From Burkholderiales bacterium (GTDB lineage Bacteria > Pseudomonadota > Gammaproteobacteria > Burkholderiales > SG8-39), in the NCBI GenBank assembly GCA_046347635.1, contig JAXMFT010000008.1, positions 158,619 through 222,618 on the forward strand: a stretch of 64,000 nt of DNA, given 5' to 3'. The translations under genes and the position numbers were made by a program. The notes beneath the pieces are model-generated. The model had not been told where the DNA came from. It was given only the letters and a program-made list of their open reading frames with translations, and did no database searches. Numbering within the stretch: position 1 is the stretch's first letter; each line of letters starts with the position of its first letter. Of the stretch, positions 9,714-18,475 are shown one piece after another.

Positions 9714-11123
9714 TCAGGCGGGCGCGCCCTTCGCCGCGAGCCCGGGCGAGGGGTCGTACCAGCGCTCGCCCGCGGCGAGCACCGCAGCGGCGGCCGCCGG
9801 TCCCCAGGTGCCCGGCTCGTACTCCGCGGGCGGCGCGTCGCGCGCGAGGATCGGCTCGACCACCCGCCAGGCCGCCTCGACGCTGTCGTCGCGCGTGAAG
9901 AGCGAGGCGTCGCCGTGCAGCGCGTCGCCGAGCAGCCGTTCGTAGGGCAGCGCGCCGCCCTCGAGCGAGCGGTGCGCGAGGAGCTCGGCCGCCTCGCCCT
10001 GCATGGCTTCCCCGGGGCGCTTGACGCGCGTGCCGAGCGCGATCTCGACCTCGGGCCCGAGGCGGAAGCGGAAGTAGTTCGCGGGCGCGGCGGGCGCGTC
10101 GTCGAAGACGGCGACCGGCGGGCGCCTGAGCGCGACCCGCACCTCGGTGGCCGTCGTGGCGAGGCACTTGCCGGCGCGGATGTAGAAGGGCACGCCCGCC
10201 CAGCGCCAGGTGTCGATCTGCAGGCGCAGGGCGACGAAAGTCTCCACGCGCGAGTCCGGCGCCACGCCCGGCTCGTCGCGGTAGCCGCGGAACTGGCCGC
10301 GCACCACCTGCGCGGGCGCGAGCGGCCGCACCGCGCGGAACAGGCGCAGCTTCTCCGCCCGCATCGCGTCCGGGTCGGTGCGCGCCGGCGGATCCATGGC
10401 GAGCAGCGCCATCACCTGGAAGAGATGGTTCTGCACCACGTCGCGGATCGCGCCCACCTCCTCGTAGAACGCGCCGCGCCCCTTGACGCCGAACGACTCG
10501 GCCATCGTGATCTGCACGGCGGCGACGTGCTCGCGGCTCCACAGCGGCTCGGGGAAGGCGTTGGCGAAGCGGAAATAGAGCAGGTTGCGCACCGCCTCCT
10601 TGCCCAGGTAGTGGTCGATGCGGAACACCGCGGACTCGGGGAACACCTCGTGCAGCGTGCGGTTCAGGGCCTGCGCCGAGGCGAGGTCGCGCCCGAAAGG
10701 CTTCTCCACCACCACTCGCGCATCGGCCGCGCAGCCCGCCGCGGCGAGGCCCTGCACCACGGTGGCGAAGAGGCTCGGCGGAATGGCGAGGTAGTGCAGC
10801 GGGCGTCGCGCGCCCCCGAGCGCCTGCCGCAGGCGCGGGTAGGTCGCAGGGTCGTGGTAGTCGCCGCCGACGAACTGGAGGCGCGCGCAGAGCCGCTCGA
10901 AGGCGCGCTCGTCCACCCCGCCGCCGTACCGGGCGATGCTTTCGCGCGCCCGCTCGCGCAGCCGCTCCAGCGTCCAGCCGGCGCGCGCCACGCCGACGAC
11001 CGGCATGTCGAGCTCGCCGTCGCGCGTGAGCGCCTGCAGCGCGGGGAACACCTGCTTGTAGGCGAGGTCGCCGGTGGCGCCGAAGAAGACGAAGCCGTCC
11101 GATGCGGGTGCTGGCATGCTCAT
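9714..11123 (-). CDS. zwf: Glucose-6-phosphate dehydrogenase
   Basis: ATG 11123. NAD(P)-binding motif [19 protein letters not shown] and active-site region RIDHYLGKE. 469 aa. Confidence 0.85.
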   Translation of the reverse strand: MSMPAPASDGFVFFGATGDLAYKQVFPALQALTRDGELDMPVVGVARAGWTLERLRERARESIARYGGGVDERAFERLCARLQFVGGDYHDPATYPRLRQALGGARRPLHYLAIPPSLFATVVQGLAAAGCAADARVVVEKPFGRDLASAQALNRTLHEVFPESAVFRIDHYLGKEAVRNLLYFRFANAFPEPLWSREHVAAVQITMAESFGVKGRGAFYEEVGAIRDVVQNHLFQVMALLAMDPPARTDPDAMRAEKLRLFRAVRPLAPAQVVRGQFRGYRDEPGVAPDSRVETFVALRLQIDTWRWAGVPFYIRAGKCLATTATEVRVALRRPPVAVFDDAPAAPANYFRFRLGPEVEIALGTRVKRPGEAMQGEAAELLAHRSLEGGALPYERLLGDALHGDASLFTRDDSVEAAWRVVEPILARDAPPAEYEPGTWGPAAAAAVLAAGERWYDPSPGLAAKGAPA

Positions 11124-11246
11124 TGGATGAGGCGAGGGGCGCGGGGTTCCCCGCGGGCGGCGCCGATTTCGCCGCGCGCGGCCCGAGCGTCCGCTCGAGT
11201 CTAGTACTTTTCCCGCGCCCGGCACCGGCGCGGACGAGCGGCGCAG

Positions 11247-12632
11247 TCAGGCGGCAGCGGGCAGCGTCAGGAGCGCGCGCACGCCGCCCAGCGGCGAATC
11301 CTCGAGCCGGACTTCGCCGCCGTAGAGGCGCGCCAGCTCGTCGACGATCGCGAGGCCGAGCCCCGAACCCTCCACCCGTTCGTCGGCGCGGGCGCCGCGC
11401 AGCACGATGTCCCGGCGCCGGTCGTGCGCGATTCCCCTGCCGTCGTCGTCGATCGCGACGATCAGTCTTCCGTCCGCGCGCTTCGCTTCGAGCTCGACGC
11501 GCCGGCGTGCCCACTTGCAGGCGTTGTCGAGCAGGTTGCCCACCATCTCCTGCAGATCCTGCTCCTCGCCGCGAAACGCGAGTCCGTCCTCCACCGGCCG
11601 GACCGCGAGCTCGAGGCGGCGATCGGCGTGGATGCGCGCCATGGCGCGAACCAGGCCTTCCACGACCGGGAGCACCGCTGCCCGAGCGCCCGGGATGCGC
11701 GTGGCAGCCGCGCTGCGCGCCCGCTTCAGGTGATAGTCGACCTGCCGGCGCGCGCTCTCGACCTGATCGCGCACCAGCCGGGCGAGGTCTCCCTCCCCCC
11801 CGGCGCGCGCGGCGTTCGCGAGCACGCTGAGCGGGGTCTTGAGGGCGTGCGCGAGATTTCCCGCGAGCGTCCTCGCCCGTGCGACGATCTCCGAGTTCTG
11901 GGCGAGCACCGCGTTGAACTCGTCCACCAGCGGCCTGACCTCCGCCGGAAACGATCCCGACATGAGCTGCGACCTGCCCTCGCGCACGGCGGCCAGCTCG
12001 CGCTGCAGGCGCGCGAGCGGCGCGAGCCCGACCACCACCTGCAGGACCGCGGCGGCCGCCAAACCGATCGCGAGCAGTCCCAGCGCGACCCAGAGCGTCG
12101 CCCGGAAACGCCGCACCGGCTCCGCCATCGCGCGCTCGTCGGCGGCGACGATCAGGCGCATTCCCTGACCCGGCCGCTCGGCGGGGTAGACGACGCGCTC
12201 GAGCGTCCGGAGCCAGGTGCCATCGGGGCCGGGCACGCGGTGCTCCTGGAGCTGCGCGTCCCGCTGCTCGTCGTGCGGCACCTGGAGCACCTGATCCCAC
12301 AGCGAGCGCGAACGCAGCACGCCGGCCGCGGACGGGGCGGCGCCAGCCGCAGCGCGATCCACCTGCCAGTACAGACCCGAATACGGTCGCGCCAGGCGCG
12401 GGTCGCTCAGCGGCCCCGAGAGCTCCGGGGCGCCGTCCCTGCCGATCACCAGGCTGGCCGTCAGCTGATCGAGGTGGATGCGCAGCTCCGCGCGGAACTG
12501 GCGCTCGACGTGATCGCGAATGAGCACGCCGAGCCCCCAGCCGGCGACCGCGATCGTCGCGAGGATCCAGAGCAGGGTGCCTGCCAGCAGGCGGACACGC
12601 AGCGATTCCCGCAGCCGGTCGGGCAGGCTCAT
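11247..12632 (-). CDS. Sensor histidine kinase (PhoQ/QseC-like, two TM helices plus HAMP)
   Basis: 461 aa. H-box LAGNLAHALKTPL, N-box GNLLDNACKWA, G-boxes DDDGRGI and GSGLGLAIV. 4-nt overlap with the upstream response regulator gene. Confidence 0.85.
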   Translation of the reverse strand: MSLPDRLRESLRVRLLAGTLLWILATIAVAGWGLGVLIRDHVERQFRAELRIHLDQLTASLVIGRDGAPELSGPLSDPRLARPYSGLYWQVDRAAAGAAPSAAGVLRSRSLWDQVLQVPHDEQRDAQLQEHRVPGPDGTWLRTLERVVYPAERPGQGMRLIVAADERAMAEPVRRFRATLWVALGLLAIGLAAAAVLQVVVGLAPLARLQRELAAVREGRSQLMSGSFPAEVRPLVDEFNAVLAQNSEIVARARTLAGNLAHALKTPLSVLANAARAGGEGDLARLVRDQVESARRQVDYHLKRARSAAATRIPGARAAVLPVVEGLVRAMARIHADRRLELAVRPVEDGLAFRGEEQDLQEMVGNLLDNACKWARRRVELEAKRADGRLIVAIDDDGRGIAHDRRRDIVLRGARADERVEGSGLGLAIVDELARLYGGEVRLEDSPLGGVRALLTLPAAA

Positions 12633-13291
12633 TCCTCGCAGGCGAGGCGATAGCCGAGGCCGCGCACGGTCTCGATGAGGTTGGCGGGCAGCTTCTTGCG
12701 CAGGCGCGCGATGAACACCTCCACCGTGTTCGAATCGCGGTCGAAATCCTGCGCGTAGATGTGCTCGACCAGCGCGCTGCGCGACACGATCTCGTTCCGA
12801 TGGTGCATGAGATAGTCGAGCACGCGATATTCGTGGCTGGTGAGCGCGATCCCCCGCCCGGCGACGGTGACGCGACCGCTGCGCGTGTCGAGCACGACCG
12901 GGCCGCAGGCGAGCTCGGCGCGCGCGTGCCCCCCGGCGCGGCGGATCAAGGCGCGCACGCGCGCGAGCAGCTCCTCCATGTGGAAAGGCTTGGTCAGATA
13001 GTCGTCGGCGCCGGCGTCGATCCCGGCGACCTTCTCGTGCCAGTTGTCGCGCGCGGTGAGGATCAGCACGGGCATGTTGCGGCCGCCGGCGCGCCACCTC
13101 TTCAGGACGGTGATGCCGTCCAGACGGGGCAGGCCGAGATCCAGGATCGCGGCGTCGAACTCGCCGGTCTCGCCGGCATGCAGCGCATCGACGCCGTTGT
13201 GCGCGACGTCGACGGCGTACGAGGCTTCGGTCAGCGCCTGCGCCAGCTGGGCCGCGAGCGTTCGTTCGTCCTCGATCACCAGCACGCGCAT
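12629..13291 (-). CDS. OmpR/PhoB-family response regulator
   Basis: 220 aa. Receiver domain (MRVLVIEDE..., DAAILDLGLPRLDG, KPF) and winged-helix C-terminus (TVRGLGYRL). Confidence 0.9.
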   Translation of the reverse strand: MRVLVIEDERTLAAQLAQALTEASYAVDVAHNGVDALHAGETGEFDAAILDLGLPRLDGITVLKRWRAGGRNMPVLILTARDNWHEKVAGIDAGADDYLTKPFHMEELLARVRALIRRAGGHARAELACGPVVLDTRSGRVTVAGRGIALTSHEYRVLDYLMHHRNEIVSRSALVEHIYAQDFDRDSNTVEVFIARLRKKLPANLIETVRGLGYRLACEE

Positions 13292-13297
13292 CCGGGT

Positions 13298-13660
13298 TCA
13301 CTTCTTCGATTCGCGCCGCGTCCCGCGGCCGCCCTTGCGCTTCAGGACGGTCCCGTCGCGGGCATCCACCTCCAGCTCCAGGATCGAGCCGTCCGCGGCG
13401 AGCAGCTTGAGCTCGTAGATCCAGCGCCCGGCCGCGCGCTCGAGCTCGACCTCGATCACCTGGCCCGGCGTATCGCGCTCGACCAGCCCGAGGATGGATC
13501 GCAGCGGCATGATCTCGCCCGCCTCGAGCGCGCGGCGGGCACGGTCCTGGTCGCGCGCATCGTCAGCCTGGACCGGAAGCGCCACTGCAGCCGTCAACAT
13601 TACAGCAGTCGCCAGTCTCCGCAAAGCGCCGGTCGTCGTCACTTTCCGCTCCTCGCGCAC
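13298..13660 (-). CDS. PepSY domain-containing secreted protein
   Basis: 120 aa. Signal-like N-terminus, then ...IMPLRSILGLVERDTPGQVIEVELERAAGRWIYELKLLAADGSILELEVDARDGTVL, which fits a PepSY fold. First gene of the PepSY-RR-HK operon. Confidence 0.6.
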   Translation of the reverse strand: MREERKVTTTGALRRLATAVMLTAAVALPVQADDARDQDRARRALEAGEIMPLRSILGLVERDTPGQVIEVELERAAGRWIYELKLLAADGSILELEVDARDGTVLKRKGGRGTRRESKK

Positions 13661-13695
13661 GTCGGGTGCGCCGCGCTCACTTGTACCTGCCGCAT

Positions 13696-13725
13696 CCTGA
13701 ACGGAGGATGAACGCCGGGTTCAGG
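13696..13725. promoter_or_regulatory. Three TGAAC half-sites phased 11 bp apart (candidate response-regulator operator)
   Basis: ccTGAACggaggaTGAACgccggGTTCAgg in the divergent PepSY/PepSY intergenic region. Starts at 13698, 13709 and 13720, so direct plus inverted repeats with one-helical-turn phasing. Confidence 0.3.
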
Positions 13726-13798
13726 GTGGATACAGGCGCCGGTGCACACAATCGCCGCACGGTCACCATCCGGACCGCAACGACTGGAGACACCAATC

Positions 13799-14125
13799 AT
13801 GCGTGCTACACATCTGCTCGGCAGCCTCGCCCTCGCGGCCGGCCTCGCCACCGGCGCCCTCGCCGGCGCGACGGCTCTTGCGCAGGACTCCAAGACCGAT
13901 TCCCGTCCCGACGCGAGCGTGCGCCTCACCATCCCCCAGGTGTACGAAAAGCTGACCACGCTCGGCTACAAGGACATCGACGAGATCGAGCGCGAGCGCG
14001 ACATCTACGAGGTCGATGCGCGCACGAGCGCCGGCCAGCGCGTCAAGCTCCACGTCGACGCGCGCAGCGGCCAGATCCTGCGCACCAAGGCCGACCCGCG
14101 CGATCGGGCACGCGACGGCAGGTGA
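13799..14125 (+). CDS. PepSY domain-containing secreted protein
   Basis: ATG 13799. Signal peptide MRATHLLGSLALAAGLATGALAGATALA, then ...YEKLTTLGYKDIDEIERERDIYEVDARTSAGQRVKLHVDARSGQIL. Confidence 0.6.
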   Translation: MRATHLLGSLALAAGLATGALAGATALAQDSKTDSRPDASVRLTIPQVYEKLTTLGYKDIDEIERERDIYEVDARTSAGQRVKLHVDARSGQILRTKADPRDRARDGR

Positions 14126-14226
14126 GGGGGCGAGGGCGCCGGCCGCGGCGCACCGGGCGGCACCGAACGGTGCCGCCGCGGTGGCCCGGCTCTTCCGATC
14201 CACGACACCATGCGCGAGGCACAACC

Positions 14227-14826
14227 ATGCAAACCAGACGCACGAACTGCGCCCGCAGCGGCTACCACCCGCTGTCCATCGGCGCGCACTGGCTGACCCT
14301 GATCCTCCTGGTCGCCGTGTACGCGCTGATCGAGCTGCGCGGAGTCTTTCCCAAGGGCAGCGTTCCCCACGACCTGATGAAGACCTGGCACTTCATGCTT
14401 GGGCTGACGGTGTTCGGTCTCGTCTTCGCGCGGCTGGCGCTGCGACAGGTCTTCCGCGCACCGCCCATCGAGCCGACGCCCCCAGGATGGCAGCTGCGAC
14501 TGGCGATGGCCATGCACGTGGCCCTGTACGCCTTCCTGACCGTAATGCCGCTGCTCGGCTGGCTGGCGTTGAGCGCCAAGGGCAAGCCGGTTCCGTTCTT
14601 CGGCCTGGACCTGCCGGCGCTGATCGCGCCGGACAAGACCCTTGCCAAGGAGATCGAGGAGATCCACGAGACGATCGGGGTACTCGGCTACTTCCTGATC
14701 GGGCTGCACGCAGCCGCGGCGCTGTTTCACGACTACTTCCTGCGCGACGACACCCTGCGGCGCATGTTGCCGTGGCGAGGCGAGGCGCGCTCCGCCGCCC
14801 GGCCGGAGCGCGTCACTTCGCCGTGA
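14227..14826 (+). CDS. Cytochrome b561 family protein (CybB-like)
   Basis: ATG 14227, 199 aa, four TM helices with conserved His positions (GAHWLT, WHFMLG, MHVALY, GLHAAAALFH). Confidence 0.75.
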   Translation: MQTRRTNCARSGYHPLSIGAHWLTLILLVAVYALIELRGVFPKGSVPHDLMKTWHFMLGLTVFGLVFARLALRQVFRAPPIEPTPPGWQLRLAMAMHVALYAFLTVMPLLGWLALSAKGKPVPFFGLDLPALIAPDKTLAKEIEEIHETIGVLGYFLIGLHAAAALFHDYFLRDDTLRRMLPWRGEARSAARPERVTSP

Positions 14827-14870
14827 CCGAAGGCAGACGGGCCGGGCTTCCTGTTGGCAGCGGGGCTTCG

Positions 14871-15626
14871 CTAGCCGATCTCGACCAGCAGGTTCGCATC
14901 GAACGACGGATTCTCGTTTGCGCCGTTCCTGGAATAGCCGCGCGGATTGCACAGCACCCGCGTCCCGCCCAGGAGGTAGTCGAAGCTGTCGTGCGTGTGC
15001 CCGTGGATCCACAGGCGCGCGCGGCTTTCCTCGACCAGGCGCTCGGCCGCGGAGACGAAGGACGCGTTGAGGAGCGAGCCGGCAAAGCGCGGGTGGATGC
15101 TCCCGGTCGACGGCGCGTGGTGGGTGATCACCACGGTCGGGCCGGCGTGCGGCGCGGCGAGCACGCGCGCGAGCCAGGCGGCGTGCTGCGCGAACAGCGC
15201 CGCCGAAGCCTCCGGGGTGAAGGGGTGGTCGCCCGTCCGGATCCGGCTGAAGTCGCGCGAGAAGCGCTGCGCTTCGGCCATCGCGGCGGTGCGCTTCTCG
15301 CCCGCGCCGAACAGCATGAAATCGGTCCACAGCGTCGTTCCCAGAAAGCGCACGCCGCCGATGACGGTCGCGTCGTTGTCGAGCACCCGGATGCCGGACC
15401 CGGCGCTCAGCCGCTTCAGCTCGGCCACGGTGCCGGCGATGTCGCCGCCGTAGAATTCGTGGTTGCCGGGGACGTAGAGCACGGGCTTGGCGATGCCCGA
15501 GGCCCACGCGATCGCCTCCTGCGGGCGGGCGAGGTCCCCCGCCAGGACCACCACGTCGGCGTCGTTCTCGGGCAGCGCCAGGGCGCCGAGGCTCAGATGC
15601 AGGTCGGAGAGGACGTTCAGTCTCAT
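14871..15626 (-). CDS. Metallophosphoesterase (calcineurin-like)
   Basis: Starts MRLNVLSDLHL (ATG 15626; the track ORF starts at TTG 15641). Motifs GDL, GNHEF, HHAP and GHTH are present. Confidence 0.75.
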   Translation of the reverse strand: MRLNVLSDLHLSLGALALPENDADVVVLAGDLARPQEAIAWASGIAKPVLYVPGNHEFYGGDIAGTVAELKRLSAGSGIRVLDNDATVIGGVRFLGTTLWTDFMLFGAGEKRTAAMAEAQRFSRDFSRIRTGDHPFTPEASAALFAQHAAWLARVLAAPHAGPTVVITHHAPSTGSIHPRFAGSLLNASFVSAAERLVEESRARLWIHGHTHDSFDYLLGGTRVLCNPRGYSRNGANENPSFDANLLVEIG

Positions 15627-15843
15627 GCAGCGGAAATTCAAGGTTGGCGATCGCGTGCGCTGGAACTCCGAGGCCGGCTACGTCAGCGGCCGGATCGTGC
15701 GCATCCACACGAAGGATACCGACTACAAGGGCTACACGCACCACGCCACCGCGGACGATCCGCAGTACGAGATCAAGAGCGACAAGAGCGAGCACGTCGC
15801 CCTGCACAAGGGCGCGGCGCTGCGCCGCATTCCGTCCCGGTGA
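15625..15843 (+). CDS. DUF2945 (hypervirulence-associated TUDOR-like) small protein
   Basis: ATG 15625. 72 aa, MQRKFKVGDRVRWNSEAGYVSGRIVRIHTKDTDYKGYTHHATADDPQYEIKSDKSEH.., matching the DUF2945 pattern from memory. Confidence 0.7.
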   Translation: MQRKFKVGDRVRWNSEAGYVSGRIVRIHTKDTDYKGYTHHATADDPQYEIKSDKSEHVALHKGAALRRIPSR

Positions 15844-15852
15844 CGCGGTCGG

Positions 15853-16545
15853 CTACTGCGCCTGCGCGCGGTAGGCGTGCACCTCCGCGGCCGTCATGGC
15901 GCGGCCGCGCTGGCGCGCGACCGCCTCCGGCGTGATCGGCTCCGGCGCGCGGCCCGCGGGCGCGCCGCCCCAGGCGCTGCGTACGTAGCCGATCACCGCG
16001 GCGATCTGCTCGTCGGACAGGTGGCCGAACGGCGGCATGGCGGAGTCGTAGCGCGCACCGGCGACTTCGATCGGGCCCGCGAGACCGTGCAGCACCACGA
16101 GGATCGGCAAGCGCCCGTCCTTCCACAGGTCGGGATTGCCGGCCAGGGGCGGATAGAAGCCCGGCTGGCCGCGGCCCTGCGCGCCGTGGCAGGCGGCGCA
16201 GCTCGCCTGGTACACCGCACGCCCGTCTGCGGCGTGCGTCTCGCTCCCGTCCGCCGGCGCGGCCGGCGGGGGATGCGGACCGAGGTAGGTCGTGAGGTAG
16301 TGCAGGATGCGCTCGCGCTCGTCCTCCGGGAGCGTCAAGCTGTAGTCCTTCATGCTGGCGAGCACCGCGCGCCACTGGTCGGGCAGCAGGCCCTTGCCGT
16401 CGACCACGTACTGCAGGTCGTGGCAAGTGCGGCAGCGCGCGTAGACCTGCTCGACGCCGGGACCGGCGGGGAGCCGGATCTGCGCCGCCGCGGGCAGCGC
16501 GGCGCCCAGCGCGAGCGCCGCGGCGACGAACGGCCCGAGCCGCAC
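15853..16545 (-). CDS. sorB: c-type cytochrome (two CxxCH motifs), SorB-like electron acceptor
   Basis: 230 aa with a signal peptide and heme motifs CRTCH and CAACH. Lies immediately downstream of sorA. Confidence 0.7.
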   Translation of the reverse strand: MRLGPFVAAALALGAALPAAAQIRLPAGPGVEQVYARCRTCHDLQYVVDGKGLLPDQWRAVLASMKDYSLTLPEDERERILHYLTTYLGPHPPPAAPADGSETHAADGRAVYQASCAACHGAQGRGQPGFYPPLAGNPDLWKDGRLPILVVLHGLAGPIEVAGARYDSAMPPFGHLSDEQIAAVIGYVRSAWGGAPAGRAPEPITPEAVARQRGRAMTAAEVHAYRAQAQ

Positions 16546-16557
16546 TTGCGCCGCGAT

Positions 16558-17820
16558 TCAGGCGACCTGGAAGGGGACGCGGTCCACGCCGTGCCAGCTC
16601 CACCCGCCGGGATTCCAGGTCGTGAGACCGTCGAGCGGCTGCGCGCGGCCCCACGCATCGACGGCGCGCACCCACACTTCCTGCCGCCCGGGGGGCAGCT
16701 CCACGCGCTTGCGCCAGTGGTGCCAGGCATACGGCCCGTCGGAAGCGTCGAGCTCGGTGAGCAGCCACGAGTTGCCGCGGTCGAGCGAGACTCTCACCTC
16801 GGCCAGCGGCACCAGGCCGTCGTTCCACGCCACGCCCTTCAGCTCGACGCCGCCGGCCCTGACCGTCTCGCCCTCGAGCGGCGCGAACACCACGCTCATG
16901 ATGCGAAAGCCGTAGGTCGGATCGCTGTTCTGCTGCGTGAGGTTCTGCGTGGTGAACTTGCCCGGCTCGACCGGCCCGATCGGCATGCGGTAGGTCTTCT
17001 GCATCAGCGCGCTCGGCGTCTCCTCCGGCATCATCATGAGGTCGGTGAGCCACTTCACGCTCATGTTGCCGTAGTAGCCCGGAATGACCAGCCGCACCGG
17101 GCCGCCGTGGACGGTGGGAATGGGCCGGCCGTTCATGCGCAGCGCGAGGATGGCGTCCTTGAGTTGAGGCGCCGCGAGCGGATAGCTCTTGATCATGTCC
17201 GCGCCGCCCGGCACCGGCGGCACGTCCTTGCCGTTGGCCGTCAGGAACCGCACGCTGGCATCCGGGCTGAGATCGAGGCTCGCGAGCAGCGGCAGCACCG
17301 GTACGCCTTCCCAGGTGAGATTGCCCATGCCGCCGTGCTTCCAGCCCGAGCCGGGCGTCTTGGCCTTCTCCCAGTAATAGGACCGGCCGTTGCCGGCGCA
17401 CTGCATCACCGACGTGACCTTGACGCGCTCCATCCGTTCGAGATCGGCGACCCGCACGGTCTTCGGCCGCTGCACCAGTCCCGAGACCAGGATGCTCCAC
17501 GCCTGCGCCACCTGCGGCTCGGCCGGCGCGAGGGTGGCCATCCACTTGCCGCTTCCGTCCACGGGAAAATGCAGGCGGTTGTACAGGACCTCCGGCGGCG
17601 TCACGCGGTGCTCGCGCAGCACGGCGAGCGGCGTCTCCATCACGCCGAGCTTCGCGTTGTGGACGATCATCGTGGGGTTCTTGCCGGCGATGATCTGCGC
17701 CGCGTCCGCGCCGTCGGCGCCGTATGCGAGCGGGAGCGCCCCCCGTATGGGCATCACGCCGGCGGCCCCCGCCAGCCCGGCCAGCTTGATGAACGTCCTG
17801 CGGTCGATCGTCGCCGTCAT
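16558..17820 (-). CDS. sorA: Molybdopterin sulfite dehydrogenase/oxidase-family catalytic subunit (Tat-exported)
   Basis: ATG 17820, 420 aa. Twin-arginine signal MTATIDRRTFIKLAG. Moco-Cys motif VMQCAGNGR and a C-terminal dimerisation domain. Upstream part of the 785-aa track ORF is rejected. Confidence 0.85.
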   Translation of the reverse strand: MTATIDRRTFIKLAGLAGAAGVMPIRGALPLAYGADGADAAQIIAGKNPTMIVHNAKLGVMETPLAVLREHRVTPPEVLYNRLHFPVDGSGKWMATLAPAEPQVAQAWSILVSGLVQRPKTVRVADLERMERVKVTSVMQCAGNGRSYYWEKAKTPGSGWKHGGMGNLTWEGVPVLPLLASLDLSPDASVRFLTANGKDVPPVPGGADMIKSYPLAAPQLKDAILALRMNGRPIPTVHGGPVRLVIPGYYGNMSVKWLTDLMMMPEETPSALMQKTYRMPIGPVEPGKFTTQNLTQQNSDPTYGFRIMSVVFAPLEGETVRAGGVELKGVAWNDGLVPLAEVRVSLDRGNSWLLTELDASDGPYAWHHWRKRVELPPGRQEVWVRAVDAWGRAQPLDGLTTWNPGGWSWHGVDRVPFQVA

Positions 17821-17939
17821 TGCGGACTCCTCGATGAGCTCAGTCGTTGACGGCCCGCACCACCCGGGTCTTCCCGGGGTTGCGCGCCGCGCCTGCGCGT
17901 TTGCCGCGTGTCGCCGGCAGCTGGTCCCGTGACGCACGC

Positions 17940-17956
17940 AGCAACGCCCGTGCCAG
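17940..17956 (-). promoter_or_regulatory. Sigma-54 (-24/-12) promoter for sorAB
   Basis: The minus strand reads cTGGCACgggcgTTGCT, a perfect TGGCAC-N5-TTGC, about 120 nt upstream of the sorA ATG. An NtrC-family activator gene is adjacent. Confidence 0.6.
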
Positions 17957-18112
17957 CGCGTGCGGGCCTTGAAGCGACGACAGATTCGGCTCCCACGGGC
18001 CGCGCGTGCGGCTGATTGGAACCGGGACCGCGCCTCGCACCGGTTGCTTTGCGCCGCGCCGCCATCCCGGGCGCTCCGGCTTCTCCTGCGCAAATTCAGA
18101 CGGATGCGCCGA

Positions 18113-18128
18113 TGGCACGGGAGATGCT
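18113..18128 (+). promoter_or_regulatory. Second, weaker sigma-54-like element facing the two-component genes
   Basis: The plus strand reads TGGCACgggagATGCT. GG-N10-GC spacing is kept, with one mismatch in the -12 TTGC. Lies about 350 nt upstream of the kinase ATG. Confidence 0.3.
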
Positions 18129-18189
18129 CGTCGGCAATGCTGCGCCGGCGCGAGCGGACATCGGGGGGCCGCGCTTCCTGCTGCGCCGG

Positions 18190-18357
18190 ATCGGCGCAGC
18201 CGACGTCGTCAGCAAGGTGATGGGCGAGGAGAGGGCCGACGGTGAGTTCACGACGCTCGACGACGTCGCGCAGGGCGCATCGTTCCTCGCCGCATTCCCG
18301 TCGCCGACCCGCACCGGCCAGACGATCGTCGTCGGCCACGGCCGGCGCAGGGCGTGA
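18190..18357 (+). pseudogene. Relic of the 3' end of a 3-hydroxybutyrate dehydrogenase (SDR) gene
   Basis: Translation IGAADVVSKVMGEERADGEFTTLDDVAQGASFLAAFPSPTRTGQTIVVGHG... resembles the C-terminal ~55 aa of BdhA-type SDRs (..GEFTTVDDVAQ..LFLAAFP..LTGQS.VVSHGW). No Rossmann N-terminal part lies upstream. Confidence 0.5.
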
Positions 18358-18475
18358 CGGCCGGAATGGTCGCGCGGCGTGCGTGGATGGCTGGCCCCGC
18401 CGCGCGAGTCCGTGGCGCGGCGCGCGCGGGCGCGCCGCGCACCCGCACCCCTTTTCAAGCCGCGCGCGCGATGCC

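Noticed and set aside
9619-12300. 893-aa ORF on the minus strand spanning zwf and the histidine kinase
   Set aside because: It is out of frame relative to both real genes and extremely Arg/Gly/Ala/Pro-rich. zwf (9714-11123) and the kinase (11247-12632) are the supported readings.
18016-18357. 113-aa ORF as an intact gene in the sorA/kinase spacer
   Set aside because: Only the last ~55 residues resemble anything (a BdhA-type SDR C-terminus). The N-terminal part overlaps promoter-like sequence and lacks a Rossmann motif. It is treated as a gene relic, not a functional CDS.
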